DNA of 63,614 bases, filler included, from Jimgerdemannia flammicorona (taxonomy: Eukaryota), in NCBI GenBank assembly GCA_003990765.1. It is 3 parts of 3 records of this genome, joined end to end, with 100 filler letters (N's around TTAATTAATTAA, not from the genome) between each part and the next. Parts side by side here need not be neighbours in the genome. Positions count along the whole stretch, not along the records: positions 1 to 21,140 come from RBNJ01001519.1; 2 more parts are not named here. One strand, given 5' to 3'. The position numbers and the translations under genes were made by a program. Under the pieces are notes generated by a model that ran no database searches, was not told where the DNA came from, and saw only the letters and a list, made by a program, of their open reading frames with translations. This document shows, one piece after another, positions 1 to 12,124 of the stretch; position 1 is the first letter of the stretch, and each line of letters opens with the position of its first letter.

Positions 1-203
1 CCAATCTGCTCAAAGAACCCCCAGATCATAATTACTCTCTTTGCTAATATACTCTTTTTGATATAATTCCAGAGATATACAAGATTCTATATCCCTACTA
101 GAACTTTAGAAGTACTGTTAAAGAGCAAACTGTATATAAGTATGATATGTATAATCTATATGGTAATAGTAATTATGATCTGGGGGTTCTTTGAGCAGAT
201 TGG
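1..203. repeat. Perfect 36-bp inverted repeat (1-36 / 168-203) with a 131-bp spacer; left arm may continue beyond the window edge
   Basis: ccaatctgctcaaagaacccccagatcataattact at 1-36 is the exact reverse complement of 168-203. Confidence 0.9.
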
Positions 204-895
204 TAGAGCATATAGTAGGTCAGCTTAGTGGTGATCTCAGTGTAGCTATATATATATTCTTGATATAATTTAGTATGCCATATGAGGTGAAGAGCTCCAC
301 TTTTTTAATACTGCAGCCCAGGGGATTTCTGTAGCCTGGGGGGTTTCTGCTCCCCTATACATAAAAAGGACTAACTGAATGTTGTCTATTTTGACAGATT
401 TCTAAGCCAGAGCTCTTGGAGCTGAACCAAGAGCAGGTATTCACTAGCACAACCTGGTAGTACATATAAGGTCCTGAGTCAAGAGTTTATCCAACCATAT
501 ACTCATATCACATTAGGATATGTTAGGTATAATATTTCTCTGTCTACACACACAGACAACAACATCATCTCAGTAATGTTTTATATTCCAGAAAAGAAGG
601 GCCCAACCTGGGAGAATAGCAGCAGAATCTGATATAACCTCACCTATGGTTTCAGAGTCCTATTTGTGGCCAACACAGCTGTCCTATTTCAACCACAACT
701 ACCATAGCACTGTTGCCTTCAAGGAGAGCTCAGACACAACAGTCATCACACTCACAATGGATGATAAGCTCATCAAGGCCTGGGACCAGTGGGTGGAGCA
801 GTTTTTATAAGAGTTGGGTAGTCTTTTGTGAGGGGTTGGGCTGGCAGTTGGGTGCCTCTTCTGTAGCACTAGTTTAGCTATTATGCTGGGCCCTA
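204..895. other. CpG-depleted degenerate repeat-like DNA, family not identified
   Basis: Essentially no CG dinucleotide before ~900, where CpG abruptly reappears (gcgccc); no recognisable protein motif. Confidence 0.5.
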
Positions 896-3517
896 ATATG
901 GCGCCCACATTATTCGACGTTTTCTTCCTCCTTCAAGACGATTCCTGTCTTAACAACTTATTGCATAATTCAACTGACAGAATTATCGGATGTCGGGAGA
1001 TCATGAAACGGTTAGTACTTCAAAAATCCTTCCGTAGGTACACATTTGCGGAGCCTGCAAATCCTCCCTTCCACGTTACGTCGCCAGAGCCACAAATTGT
1101 AAAGAGTTTGGGTTTGCTCTAGTTCATTGTGAATGGGAGCGAGGAATCGCATACCGCAGGAAGGCAATCTCTGATTCCAAGGACCACATTCGCGAATCAG
1201 CATCGAGTAAGTGGGCTCCAGTTGTGTAACTTGGGACGGAGCTGTATTATTGATACAAATTCGTATTGTTAATAACAGATTCCGGCTCGCCAACAGGATA
1301 CGTGTCTTTTCCGGGTACCTGTGTGAGGAGTGGCATATGTCACCATATGCCCAAAACCAAGGAAGGGATTTGGGGTGGTGTACCATTGAAAACTAACAAC
1401 AGAACATAATATCACTGCCGAACTTCGTAACGTACCTTCCTTTTGGTATGAATTTGTTGAAATTTGCATTGGCAAGAACATGGAGTAAGCCAGCGCACAA
1501 TTGTAGCTCACTGACTCATTCTTCTCATATCATACGCTTGAAGCAGTCACGACTTTCAAGAGAATGGGAATAATTTATTGTTGTTGACATGACTCTGGGG
1601 CCTCACTCGGGCTCCTTTGGTAAAGGTGATTATGCTCTGGCGTTCCGTCCGTCCCATCATTTCAACAACGCCAAAGGAAATTGTGATGTAATGATGCGTC
1701 GGGTCTCAGGCCCAAACGCGCGCTGTTTGTGAGCTTTCCCAGGCCCTCCGCGTCGATCTGTTTTTGCCCGAGGCTCGAGCGGGAACCCGATGGACCGGAA
1801 AGGGAGACACCGAGTTGCTGAACGCATTATTAATAATTTTGTTTGGGGTCAATATCCATTGGTAGGCAATTTGTTGTGTTTGTTTGTTTTTGTGTTTTTT
1901 GTTTTTTTCCATGTGCGTACCAGAATGAAGGTTGAAGATGCAAGGGAGAGATCCTCCCCTGACTTAATTACAATGTGAAATGGCGTATCGTCCCCGATCA
2001 CTGTGGGATCGGGCGCTTTTGCTAGTGCAGCTGATCCCAGTGTAACGCGAGTCAAATCGGACTAAGCGCAGATTGGTACCACCAGGAATGAGATTGAGGA
2101 AAGGAATTTGGCATGCGACCTTGTTTGGTGAGAGTATGAACGACTCCAAAAGAAGGAGGTTTCGCGGGAGGGCGTTTCATGGCGTCAGGTTCTCTCATTT
2201 TGTACGCGTGAAGTGGCGATCAAAAGGTGTGGGACACAAGTCTTACTGGATCGTGGCTTCATTTCTTTGTTTTGGGAAGGTGGGCAGGTGACAAGGGGAC
2301 TGGGAAACCACGATTATCATGGCCTACGCAAACGTTTCTTGCCTCATGATCGATGAGTAAGGTTGTATTCTGGGAGGACGAAGTGCTTAGTATTGTTCGA
2401 AATTGCATGTCCACATGGTCTGGTGAATCTGGTACAGCTTCCTTTCAAGGGGTCTCCGCAAATGAGGGGGGAGGGAAAAAAATTAGAGAGAGAGATCCGG
2501 GTGTTGTGTAGTGCGGAGATGGTTTCTCACTATTAGCAGGGAGGTTCCACCACAGTAGGTCAATGCATCTTGCAAAACGCGACGCAAGATGTAGCAGAGA
2601 CCAGTTGCTGGGACTAGGAATCGTGGCCAAGGACCCTTTTAGGCAAACCGAGGTTGGGCAGAAAATAATTTGGGCTGCATGACCTTTTCCGTGGTCGGAG
2701 GCCCACACCTCGCCACCCCTTTGACCCGCCTTAGCCGCCACATGCGAGCATACCTCCTTCATTTTTTATGAACTATTTTAATCCCGAAATCCTTTATTGC
2801 AATATCAAATAGGCGCTCGTGGTGCTACACAACTCTGGTCACTCACCCTAGCAATTCCTTCCTTACCACGCATATCACCACGTTTTCTTCGGTTGTTCCA
2901 AACCCCCCCCCACACCCACCCCCCACAACCCCACAACGTATGTTTACGCTGCCATCTTTCCCATTATCCGGCCTTTAACTTCTGACTTGTACTTTGGAGA
3001 CTCCAAAGGACCTCTTCCCACGTGCGACTTCAATCTTCTTCTCTCACGGATGCTAGCGTTTTAGCCACCTAAATCACCCTCAATTCCTCCTGCTCCACTT
3101 CTCAGACCTTTGGTTCTTCGTGCAATACCATCTTCTATGTTGTGATGCCATCGCACAACTTAGACTCCCCCGTAACCCAACAAAACAACATAAACACTCG
3201 ATCGAACTTCGTTGGTCGCACTCTCATCTCCGCCCACGCTCGAAGAAAACATCAGCTGAGAACTTTGTCAGAAATAGCGAAAGAGACATTCCTGGCTGTT
3301 CGCACCCCATTCATAGCGTCCATTCTATAATTTCTCCACTTGTACATTATCACTCAAGGGACATTTTGTGTGGCACATACCCTCGTTCGTAGCTCTAAAA
3401 AAGACACTTTTTCGGAAGTTCCTTTTCCGCCCTTTCTTTTGTACATAGTATAATATCTTTGCTCTCCTGCACACACACCTCGACACACCAGCGTTCTACA
3501 CCAACACACGCACCACA

Positions 3518-6500
3518 ATGAAAATTGCCATAAAATCCCGACCCCAAAGCCAGCAATACACACGTACCACGCGACCCTCCATCACCGGTCCCATCGGTGG
3601 CCACGCCGGTCCAAGCACGACGATTTTAAACGACTCCTCGTTGCGACAGCAGCATCAGGCGGACACGCAACGAGCCGCGAGGGAGTGGATAGAAAGCGTG
3701 CTGAGGATGAGGCTGCCAAGCGAAGATTTGCACGTGGCGTTGATGGACGGCGTCGTGCTTTGTAGGTAAGTCGAGGAGTTTCAGGCATAGCAAGGGGAGA
3801 GAAGAGAAAAAACTTGCGAGGCGGGACAAAGCGGTCGTGAAGGGACGAAAGGAAAAATAGAGGGCTCGGAGAAGTGACCAAGAGGCGTCTATATCAAGTG
3901 CAATTGTGTGGGTTAACCGAGCGAAACCCACTTTCATCGGGATGATTCGCTATCAGAATCTTCTAACCCAATTATTCTCAAATTGTTCGTATTCGTATAT
4001 TACAGGGTGATAAACGTATTACGGCCGGGCATGATACAGATAATCGGCACGAAAGATCTACCTTTCGTGAAGGTAAGATTGTGAAAAAAGAAAAAAAAAA
4101 AAAGAAAATTAGTGGATAGAAATGATATGATTTGATAGAAATGCGGGAAAGGAAATTTACATGTTGGAAACGATATGCACGCGCGCACTGTCGGATGGGG
4201 TCGCTGAGAAGCAACAAGGCCAAGATGTGAGGGGGGGTGTCACTGCTTGGATGGCTTCGAACCCAAAGGAGAGCCACGGCGGCAAATTTCGACTCTTTCC
4301 AGAGATATCGCATCATTATTCATATTCAAATATATATTGCTTGTTGATTTCGAATATATCACAGATGGAGAATATCTCTAATTTTTTGCTCGCAGCTCAT
4401 GAGGTGAGGCGCAGTTATTGAGGTTATTTAGTATGATTATTTAGTATGAATAATTTGCAACTTTATTGACTTGATTTCGTCTATAGCTGGGATTACCGAA
4501 CTCAGAGTTATTTCAGACGGTGGATCTGCACGAGGGTAAAAACATGACAGCGGTACGTACTTTAACGATTTGGTCACAAATCTGTACAAGCGTCAAGTTT
4601 ATAGCTAATATATGCACTTTTCACTATAGGTTGCCCACACAATTCTTGCCCTAGGGCGACTTGCAGCTGGCGAATACACTTCAATGTCGAGACGAAGGGT
4701 ATCACAACCCGAAAACGTCGCCCGACAGATGGTAGATCCCGCGCCGCGAATGTCGGTGGATTCGCCGCGAACATCATCAACAGATTCCTTTCGACGGATA
4801 ATGAATCCGCATATACAGGCGCCGGATCCACCAATACCGAAATCACCACAGCGCTCTCCTTCACTAGCGCACCGGTACCTCCCGTCACGGTTTGGTTTTG
4901 GAGGTACGAATGCCGAGAAGGATTTGGAAAAGGGGAATGACGAAATGACAGTGAGGGTAGAGCGGAATCGAAGCGATACCCCGCCGGTTTTGGAATTGTC
5001 TCTCAATTTACTTCCGCCCGAGCCCGAACAACAGTTCACGGAGCGGCTGACGGATATACTCAATCAAAATCAACCCGGCCGAACGCGGTTGACTGACCGG
5101 GAGTCTAACCGGCGCGTGCGGAACATGCCATCAGCGCCGTCGTTGGGATTATCACCCAGTAGCGAAATGGACATTAATGCCACTTCAAACTTCACGGATT
5201 ACGCAAATAGTCTTTCGTACGGGTCGCAGGCTCCTCGGATACATAGGGGTGGCCGCATGAATCCCAGTCATGTGCCGCGAGAGCGGGAGAGGGATAGTGA
5301 GAATCTCCCACAGTACCGACATGTAAGGGACATCTTCGCATCTATGAAGATTGACGGCGAGGATCCTATTTCTCGCACCGCCTCAGCACCACCCGTGTCT
5401 CTAGCGACACAACTTTCCTCACCGTCGCGGTCGACAGATATTATCCAAACGGCGGAAACCCTTCAAAATGCCTTCCGCTCAACCCGGCCGGCCTCCCCGA
5501 CACCCGACCGTCCTGATGAAATGAGCATCGGCGAAGCGGGTGATTTTCTCAACCTTGGCCGTCGGCGCTCTATCCGTTCCATCGCCGAATCAATTCCCGA
5601 GTCAATTCCTTCGATCCCTGACGAGGACGAGTTTGAAGACTATGACCCGCACCCTACCTCCAACACCAACACCAACCCCAACCCACCCCACCCGCCCTCC
5701 ACTCCCACCACTCCGAGCCCTACCGTTCGATCTTCCTCATCACCCGCCCCCCCCCGAACGAGTGCCGTGAACCGTAACTCAGGTCAACGCGGAGCGATGG
5801 TCATCCAGACTGATGCACCGCCTCGTTCTACTGGCACACCGTCTTACCCGTCTACTCCGACCAAGTCCCCCACCGACAGTGGCTACGGCACCACGGGCCA
5901 CCGCCGTCCGCCTTCCAGTGGTTCGTCATCTTCGCGACCCGTCACACCCGAACGACACGAACACTCTGACCGACTCGACAAATCGCACTCGTTGAGCACT
6001 ACTTTTCCTGGGAAGCGTACTCCGGCCAGATCTAGACTTCCGAATCACATGCGGTATCAGGATAAGCAGCAGCACGAACCACCAACTCCCGTCCCAGCAT
6101 CATCAGCATCGACCCCAATACCATCGCCATCAGGGTCTACGCCCATGAGCAAGGCAAAGAAGATGGGAAGTATGGGAAAGGCTGACGGAGTGCAGAAGGA
6201 ACGGCTGGTTCTGACCGCTGAGGATGGGACAGTGAGGGCACAATATGTATGTATTATATTCATGCTAGTGCGCCTTTGGGTAAAAAGAGGATGCGGAGTG
6301 AACAAGTGTGCGTTAACGCGAACGGGCTGTAGGCCATTGCTCTGCCGTATATGTTTCCAGTCGTGATTGTTGTTCTCGCGTAATAAGCTTTTTGTCTTCA
6401 CCCAGCAAATCGGCGCCTGCATTGGTAAAGGCCAGTTTGGCGCAGTCTACAAGTATGTATTATCTCCATATATATATATATATTGGGTTGTTTTGTTATA

Positions 6501-8982
6501 TAGGCCTCAATGTCTGATCTTTTATAAACAATTACGTAGAGCTTTAAATCTTAGTACTGGGGAGATGGTGGCTGTCAAACGTATCAAGCTCGAGAAGAAC
6601 CAGGTTGACGAGATTGACAGCTTGATGCAAGAAGTCGACCTCCTCAAATCCCTGCTCCATCCCAACGTGGTCAAGTACGAGGGTTTTGTCAAGAGCGACG
6701 GATTCTTCAGTATTATCCTCGAGCTTGTGGAGAACGGTTCGCTCCTGAACACGCTCAAGGGATTCGGGAACTTCCCCGAAAGGCTCGTTGCATCGTATTG
6801 CATCAAAATTTTGGAGGGACTCGTGTTCCTCCATGACAACCAGGTCGTGCATTGCGATCTCAAGGCGGCCAATATTTTGACGACTAAAAACGCCAACGTT
6901 AAGCTGTCGGATTTCGGTGTATCGCTGAACCTTAAGCTTCGCGAGGCGGACACCGGGTCGGTGGCTGGTACACCCAATTGGAGTAAGTGTGATATGAAAT
7001 GATGGTATTGCTCCTTTTTTATATTGTGATCATCAAAGTTTGGTTTAACCGGAATCGCGAATGATTTTCTCCTATGTAGTGGCGCCCGAAGTGATCGAGC
7101 TGAAGGGGGCATCGACCAAGTCTGACATTTGGTCAGTATTACCTGAAATCTTTTCAACTTTGAATAGATTTCATGTAAAAATTGAGTTTACCGTATTCTG
7201 ACTCCTTTCTCTGGCCCATCGCGATTTATTATAACACAAATAGGAGTCTTGGGTGCACTATTATCGAGTTGTTGACGGGTAAACCGCCATATTCGGACCT
7301 GATACCGATGTCAGCTCTCTTCCGCATCGTCGAGGATGAGCGCCCGCCCCTGCCTGCGAAAATTTCTGACGTATGTATGAGCGATATCTATTGCACAATG
7401 CATTGGGATAATTGTGCGAAATTTTACTTAAATGGTACATGCTGTCTTCGAACTTGTAGGATCTGGAAAACTTTTTGATTTTGTGTTTCCAAAAGAATCC
7501 AGAAGACCGACCAACAGCACGCCAGTTGCAGGAACACGATTGGATTACCAAAAACCGGGTCGCTAAGGTAGGCGAAATGGTTAAGCTTAGATATGGCTAA
7601 GCTTACCACGTATAGGTTCAATCGAATGGTCATGTGCTGACGCCTGTGGTGCGATATCAATCCCGCAGGACAATATTCCCCAGTTACGCCGCCAGACGAC
7701 AGCTCCTGAAATCAAACCGCTGAGGGACTACGACGGCAGCTTCGGCCGAGGAAGCATGGCCTATGGCCATTCTAACCGGTCCGTAGGAAGTCTGCCGCTT
7801 CATGACGACCAATCGTATACATACAATGATGATGAACCGGTGATTCCGGGTACTCCACCTTATCCTGGCAACACCCCCCCGACACCGTCACAATTCCGAG
7901 ATTATCCGATTTCGTTTGCAGGTGGTACTCCGCCGCCACGAAGCAACTCAGCCTCTGCCCAAAGCGTCCATAGCTCGCATGCCGGTGCGACGCCACCACG
8001 GAACAACTGGTTCGTTCATAATGGTACGCCACCACGTGGTGCGTTCAACCAGTCACAGCAGCACGTCCGAGCGTCGCTGTCTGGTGATCATTTCAGACCG
8101 CCGCTTGAGCATCGGTTCATAAAGACCTCATTTGCCAAGGCCATGGAATGCAAATTGTGCTCACAGCCTATAAAGAAGAACGCTCTGTTCTGCGAAGGCT
8201 GCCACTTGATTTGCCACGATCGGTGCAAGCATAATACGCGGTCTTGCACTGTCGGGTCTACGTATCTTCAGCCGTTGAACGATGTTACTCAGTCGAGTCC
8301 AGTTCTGTCCCCCATATATGTACCATCACCGGTCCCGGACTCACCCCCGAGTACTCCACGCAACTCGACATCTCTCTCGTCGCGGAGCAGGATACGCAAA
8401 GCTTCTGCGGAATTCTATACGACCGCAGCGGCACAACCTCCCGTTCCTGCCCTTCCCTTTGTACCCCAACCGTCCGTGTCTTCGTCCTCTTCCGCTCTCA
8501 TACAGCGGACACGCAAAATCTCCAAAGTATTCAGCTCTGTCACCTCGGCGACACTGGGAAACACCCTTAAGGATTTAGCGACCAGAAATCGCAGCCGCGA
8601 GCTGTCAGATACGGTATCTATGATGGCTGAGGGACATTACAGCAACTATTCTGGCTCTACATATCGCTTAGATGAACGTTACACCGACGCGCTTGTAGAT
8701 GAACCTCCTTCGTTCACAACGCCACCACCCTCCAAGCGGTTCGGTTCCACGTCCTCGGTCGCTTCATACCACTCGGCTCTTTCGCTCTCCGTGAACCCGA
8801 ACATGGGTGATGAGGTCAATGCACCCAGTACCCCGCGCCTTGGTAATTATCTTACTCCCACCCCGACGAACCAGCCCCCTTCATCGGAATCCTCCCGCAA
8901 CTCCTCAGAGGCCGATCGGTTCAAAAAGCGGGCAAGTAACAAGGGGCGGGGTCCGAATGGAGAGGACTGCGTGATCTCGTAA
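3518..8982 (+). CDS. STE-group (Cdc15/Cdc7/SepH-like) Ser/Thr kinase with N-terminal calponin-homology domain, long Pro/Ser-rich linker, C1 zinc finger and C-terminal CaaX motif; 11 exons, ~1375 aa
   Basis: GT-AG exons 3518-3765, 4006-4072, 4365-4403, 4487-4552, 4630-6246, 6406-6452, 6540-6982, 7080-7131, 7244-7370, 7460-7567, 7669-8982 join into one frame (4128 nt). [45 protein letters not shown]. Kinase: [44 protein letters not shown]1: [20 protein letters not shown]. Ends CVIS-stop. Confidence 0.9.
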
Positions 8983-9554
8983 CATGTCGTGAGCTAGTCA
9001 TGAATTGTTAAGTCACTGTGTAAATCATATCATTTCGCCTCATTTTCATTTTCATTTTCATTTTGCATTTTTCTTTTCTTTTTGTCGAGTTCATTTCTGT
9101 TTTGTGTTTCGGGATGATTATCATACCCCTATTACTTCTTGTTTTATCCTGTTTATTATTATATATTTTTGAAATTATTTGTGGTCAGGATCTATTCACA
9201 CAGCTCCCCCCCCCCTTTACTACATAGTATCATCTCTTTCCCATTTTCAATCTCAACCCTTTCAAACCTTCGAACATTAAGTACCTCACGTCCTATAGAA
9301 CCTATTCAATCAGTATAATCCTCACACCACTGCGTTTTATTCCCCTGCATTTCCATCAAGTAACCGTGCGGAAGGATTGTAATACATCAATAATAGGCAG
9401 TACTAAGCATTGCTAAAGCTACTATTTTCTGCATGACTCTAAGGTCCCCTCAAGCAATGGCCGAAGGAAGATCCTTCGGACGCCAATTCTATATAAATTG
9501 TTTCAGCAACTACAAACAATGCGACAATATGATCGTCTCGTGAATGGAAACAAT

Positions 9555-9952
9555 CTACTTCCTCTTTATCAAAGCGCGTTTTCCTTGGCCTAAATAAAAC
9601 GATTGGCCAAAATTGTGTCAAACCATTGCAAATCACACGAATAACGACCACCGTGACCAAAAAACATACCCTTCTTCGGCGTCCCCTTTCCTCTTCTCTT
9701 CCTCCTCGCAATCTCATCCAACCGTTCCTTCTCCTCCAGATCCACCAGTCCCAGATCCGGATAAGCGGCCTTCACATCCCGGAAGTGCAGTAGTTTCTGC
9801 GGATAGTAGCTCGTCAGCACCGGGCCTAGGAGACGCCCGCGCAACACCTTGTTGCCTGTTCGGGCATTTGTCGGATTGTATAAGTTGTCGAAGAGCTTGC
9901 ACGAGAGTTGGGCGAGCCTCTGGAGTGTTGTCGAGGGTACTGCTGCTGCCAT
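9555..9952 (-). CDS. RSM27: Mitochondrial ribosomal small-subunit protein mS33 (Rsm27), 2 exons, 105 aa
   Basis: Exons 9952-9670 and 9589-9555. Family-typical LSCKLF..YNPTNARTGNKVLRGRLLGP..YYP and RRKRRGKGTPKKGQGKRA. Confidence 0.9.
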
Positions 9953-10076
9953 GTTTTGTTGCTAGAGAGTTCTGTGAAGGGGTTAGGTGACGTCACCGTT
10001 GTTGTGATTTTCGCCACCCATTTAATTTCGTAGAAGATAAACACACACCAGTCCTTTGTCTACTTCAGAACACGGC
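9953..10076. promoter_or_regulatory. Compact bidirectional promoter (124 bp between start codons) with CRE-type palindrome GGTGACGTCACC at 9986-9997
   Basis: Divergent ATGs at 9952 (-) and 10077 (+); 12-bp perfect palindrome containing TGACGTCA. Confidence 0.6.
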
Positions 10077-10497
10077 ATGGCTACAGTAAGTATCACAAGC
10101 TTTGGATCTTCTCATAGAGTGGCCCTGTCCTATTTGCTCATTTCTTACTGTCCAAATTATACCTTCAGTTCGTTCCCGTGAACCCCAAACCGTTCCTAAA
10201 CGATCTGACCGGCAAGCCCGTAATCGTCAAACTGAAGTGGGGCATGGAGTACAAGGGTTATCTCATGTCTGTGGACTCGTACATGAACCTCCAGGTCCGT
10301 TCAATGTCTTGGATTTTTTTAAAGAATTTGGACTCTCTTTCTCACGTTTACAACTCATTTTGACGTTCTCACCACTCAAATAGCTTGCCAACACAGAAGA
10401 GTTCAAGGACGGTTTGTCCGTGGGCACTCTGGGTGAGGTCCTAATAAGATGCAACAATGTGTTATATATTCGGGGCATAGAAGAAGACGAAGCGTGA
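10077..10497 (+). CDS. SMX3: Spliceosomal Sm protein F (SmF), 3 exons, 82 aa
   Basis: Exons 10077-10085, 10169-10294, 10384-10497: [68 protein letters not shown]. Confidence 0.95.
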
Positions 10498-12124
10498 CGT
10501 AGAGAAATGATGAGGAAAGAAGTAAAAGCATTTGCAAATGCCATTGATTGACCAAGGCGTTCATCACATGGCATTTGCGAATACCCTTATAAAATATTCA
10601 TATCTGCTTGTTTCTTTTGTCGCCCTCTGCTGTATGCCACATGGTTCATTTTCTCTATTGGAATTCGGTGATGGGTTATACCTTCCATTTTACGTTGCGT
10701 ATAATAACGCTTCGTATGACATACACACACCTCCGATCTAATAGCAACCAAGTATACCATGACTTGTGTTGTTACAATAAGGAGGAGAGCAACCAACCCA
10801 ACGAGCATATCCCTTGTTGCCGGATTTCCGTCAGCAAGGGACGTCAGTGGCACCGCCAGAATAGCTAATGATCTCTCGATTCAGTTGGGGTCATCTTGTA
10901 AGGAATGGCGGGATATCTACCGATCAAACATAGAATTGTCTAAGGTGGGTATATGACTGTGATACCCTTGGAAGTTCTTGACGATCTGGAACACCAAGGA
11001 ATGGGCAGACCAGCTTATTTCGTTTACATGATTAAATGTACCTATAACTATAAATTGCCGCGATTTTTGACTTCCACCGGATGATTGCAATTGGGACATC
11101 ATGAGGGAGTAAACAAAAACATTGTAGGTCCCTCCCTAGTCGTAACAAATTCGGGTCAGTTGATTAATGAATTCGTATTGTAATTATGCCCCTTGGTTGC
11201 TGACCATGGATTTTCAATAGTATTTGCGCAGAAATCGGGAATGAGCTTGAGTCCTGGATTTAAGATCCTATCGCACGGAAGCCATCGCACACGCTTATTT
11301 TATTAAATCCGACCTTCCCACGCTTTCTGCCCCTGACGGCGTTGTTCGAAAGTTTTCGACTAACGACGCATCCCGTCCGTCACATGACTCTTCTGTGGGG
11401 CCCCGCCTACCTACTGTTATGTACTGTGGGTTCCGAGTTCCGATCCGTGGCGAGTTTTCACATGGGCTGGGGTAACGCCCCTTGGGCCTCGAGAAAGGAC
11501 CCACGCCATCACGGGCCAAAATTAAGAAGGGCATATGCTGGTCATCACGTGCCGTGCGAACTGGCTGCCTGATCGTCATTCCGGTCAGCGGGTCAAGCCA
11601 CGTTTTTGGGCTGGAATGGGAAGGGTTGGTAGGTCATGGTGACATAACGAATGATAGCATATCCTTATTGCGAGGCTTCTCTGTTTTATTTTCCGTCTGT
11701 CTATTGTCTAATGGTGTTGCGGTTTCGCTTGATGGGATTGAGAGAGAAGACAGGCAGCATGAGCTGTGAGTGTCAGTGACTCAGAGACAAGATGCGATTT
11801 GTGCACCATCGAACATCAATGACTTGCATTCCCCGTTATGGCCCCTGTCAAATAATAATAATAATAAAAAGATCTCGGAGGCTTCGACCCTTTTTAACCT
11901 CAGCCCGATCCCTGCAGCTTTGCTTGCTTGTTTTTGTGTATATACTCTTGTCGTAAGCATTCTCTCATTTCTCTCTGCCAGCCTCGTGCCTCTCACGCGT
12001 GCGAAACAAAATTCTCCGCGTCACTTGACTTCTCGCTCATACCCGCTTATAGCATACCTCCGCACTCTGACAATATATAAAATACCGTAGAACAGCATAG
12101 ACCCCAAAGGTATAGGTATACAGT

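Noticed and set aside
960..1520. Possible small spliced gene on the minus strand (several GT..AG pairs, ORFs of 80-124 aa)
   Set aside because: No consistent exon chain or recognisable protein could be built.
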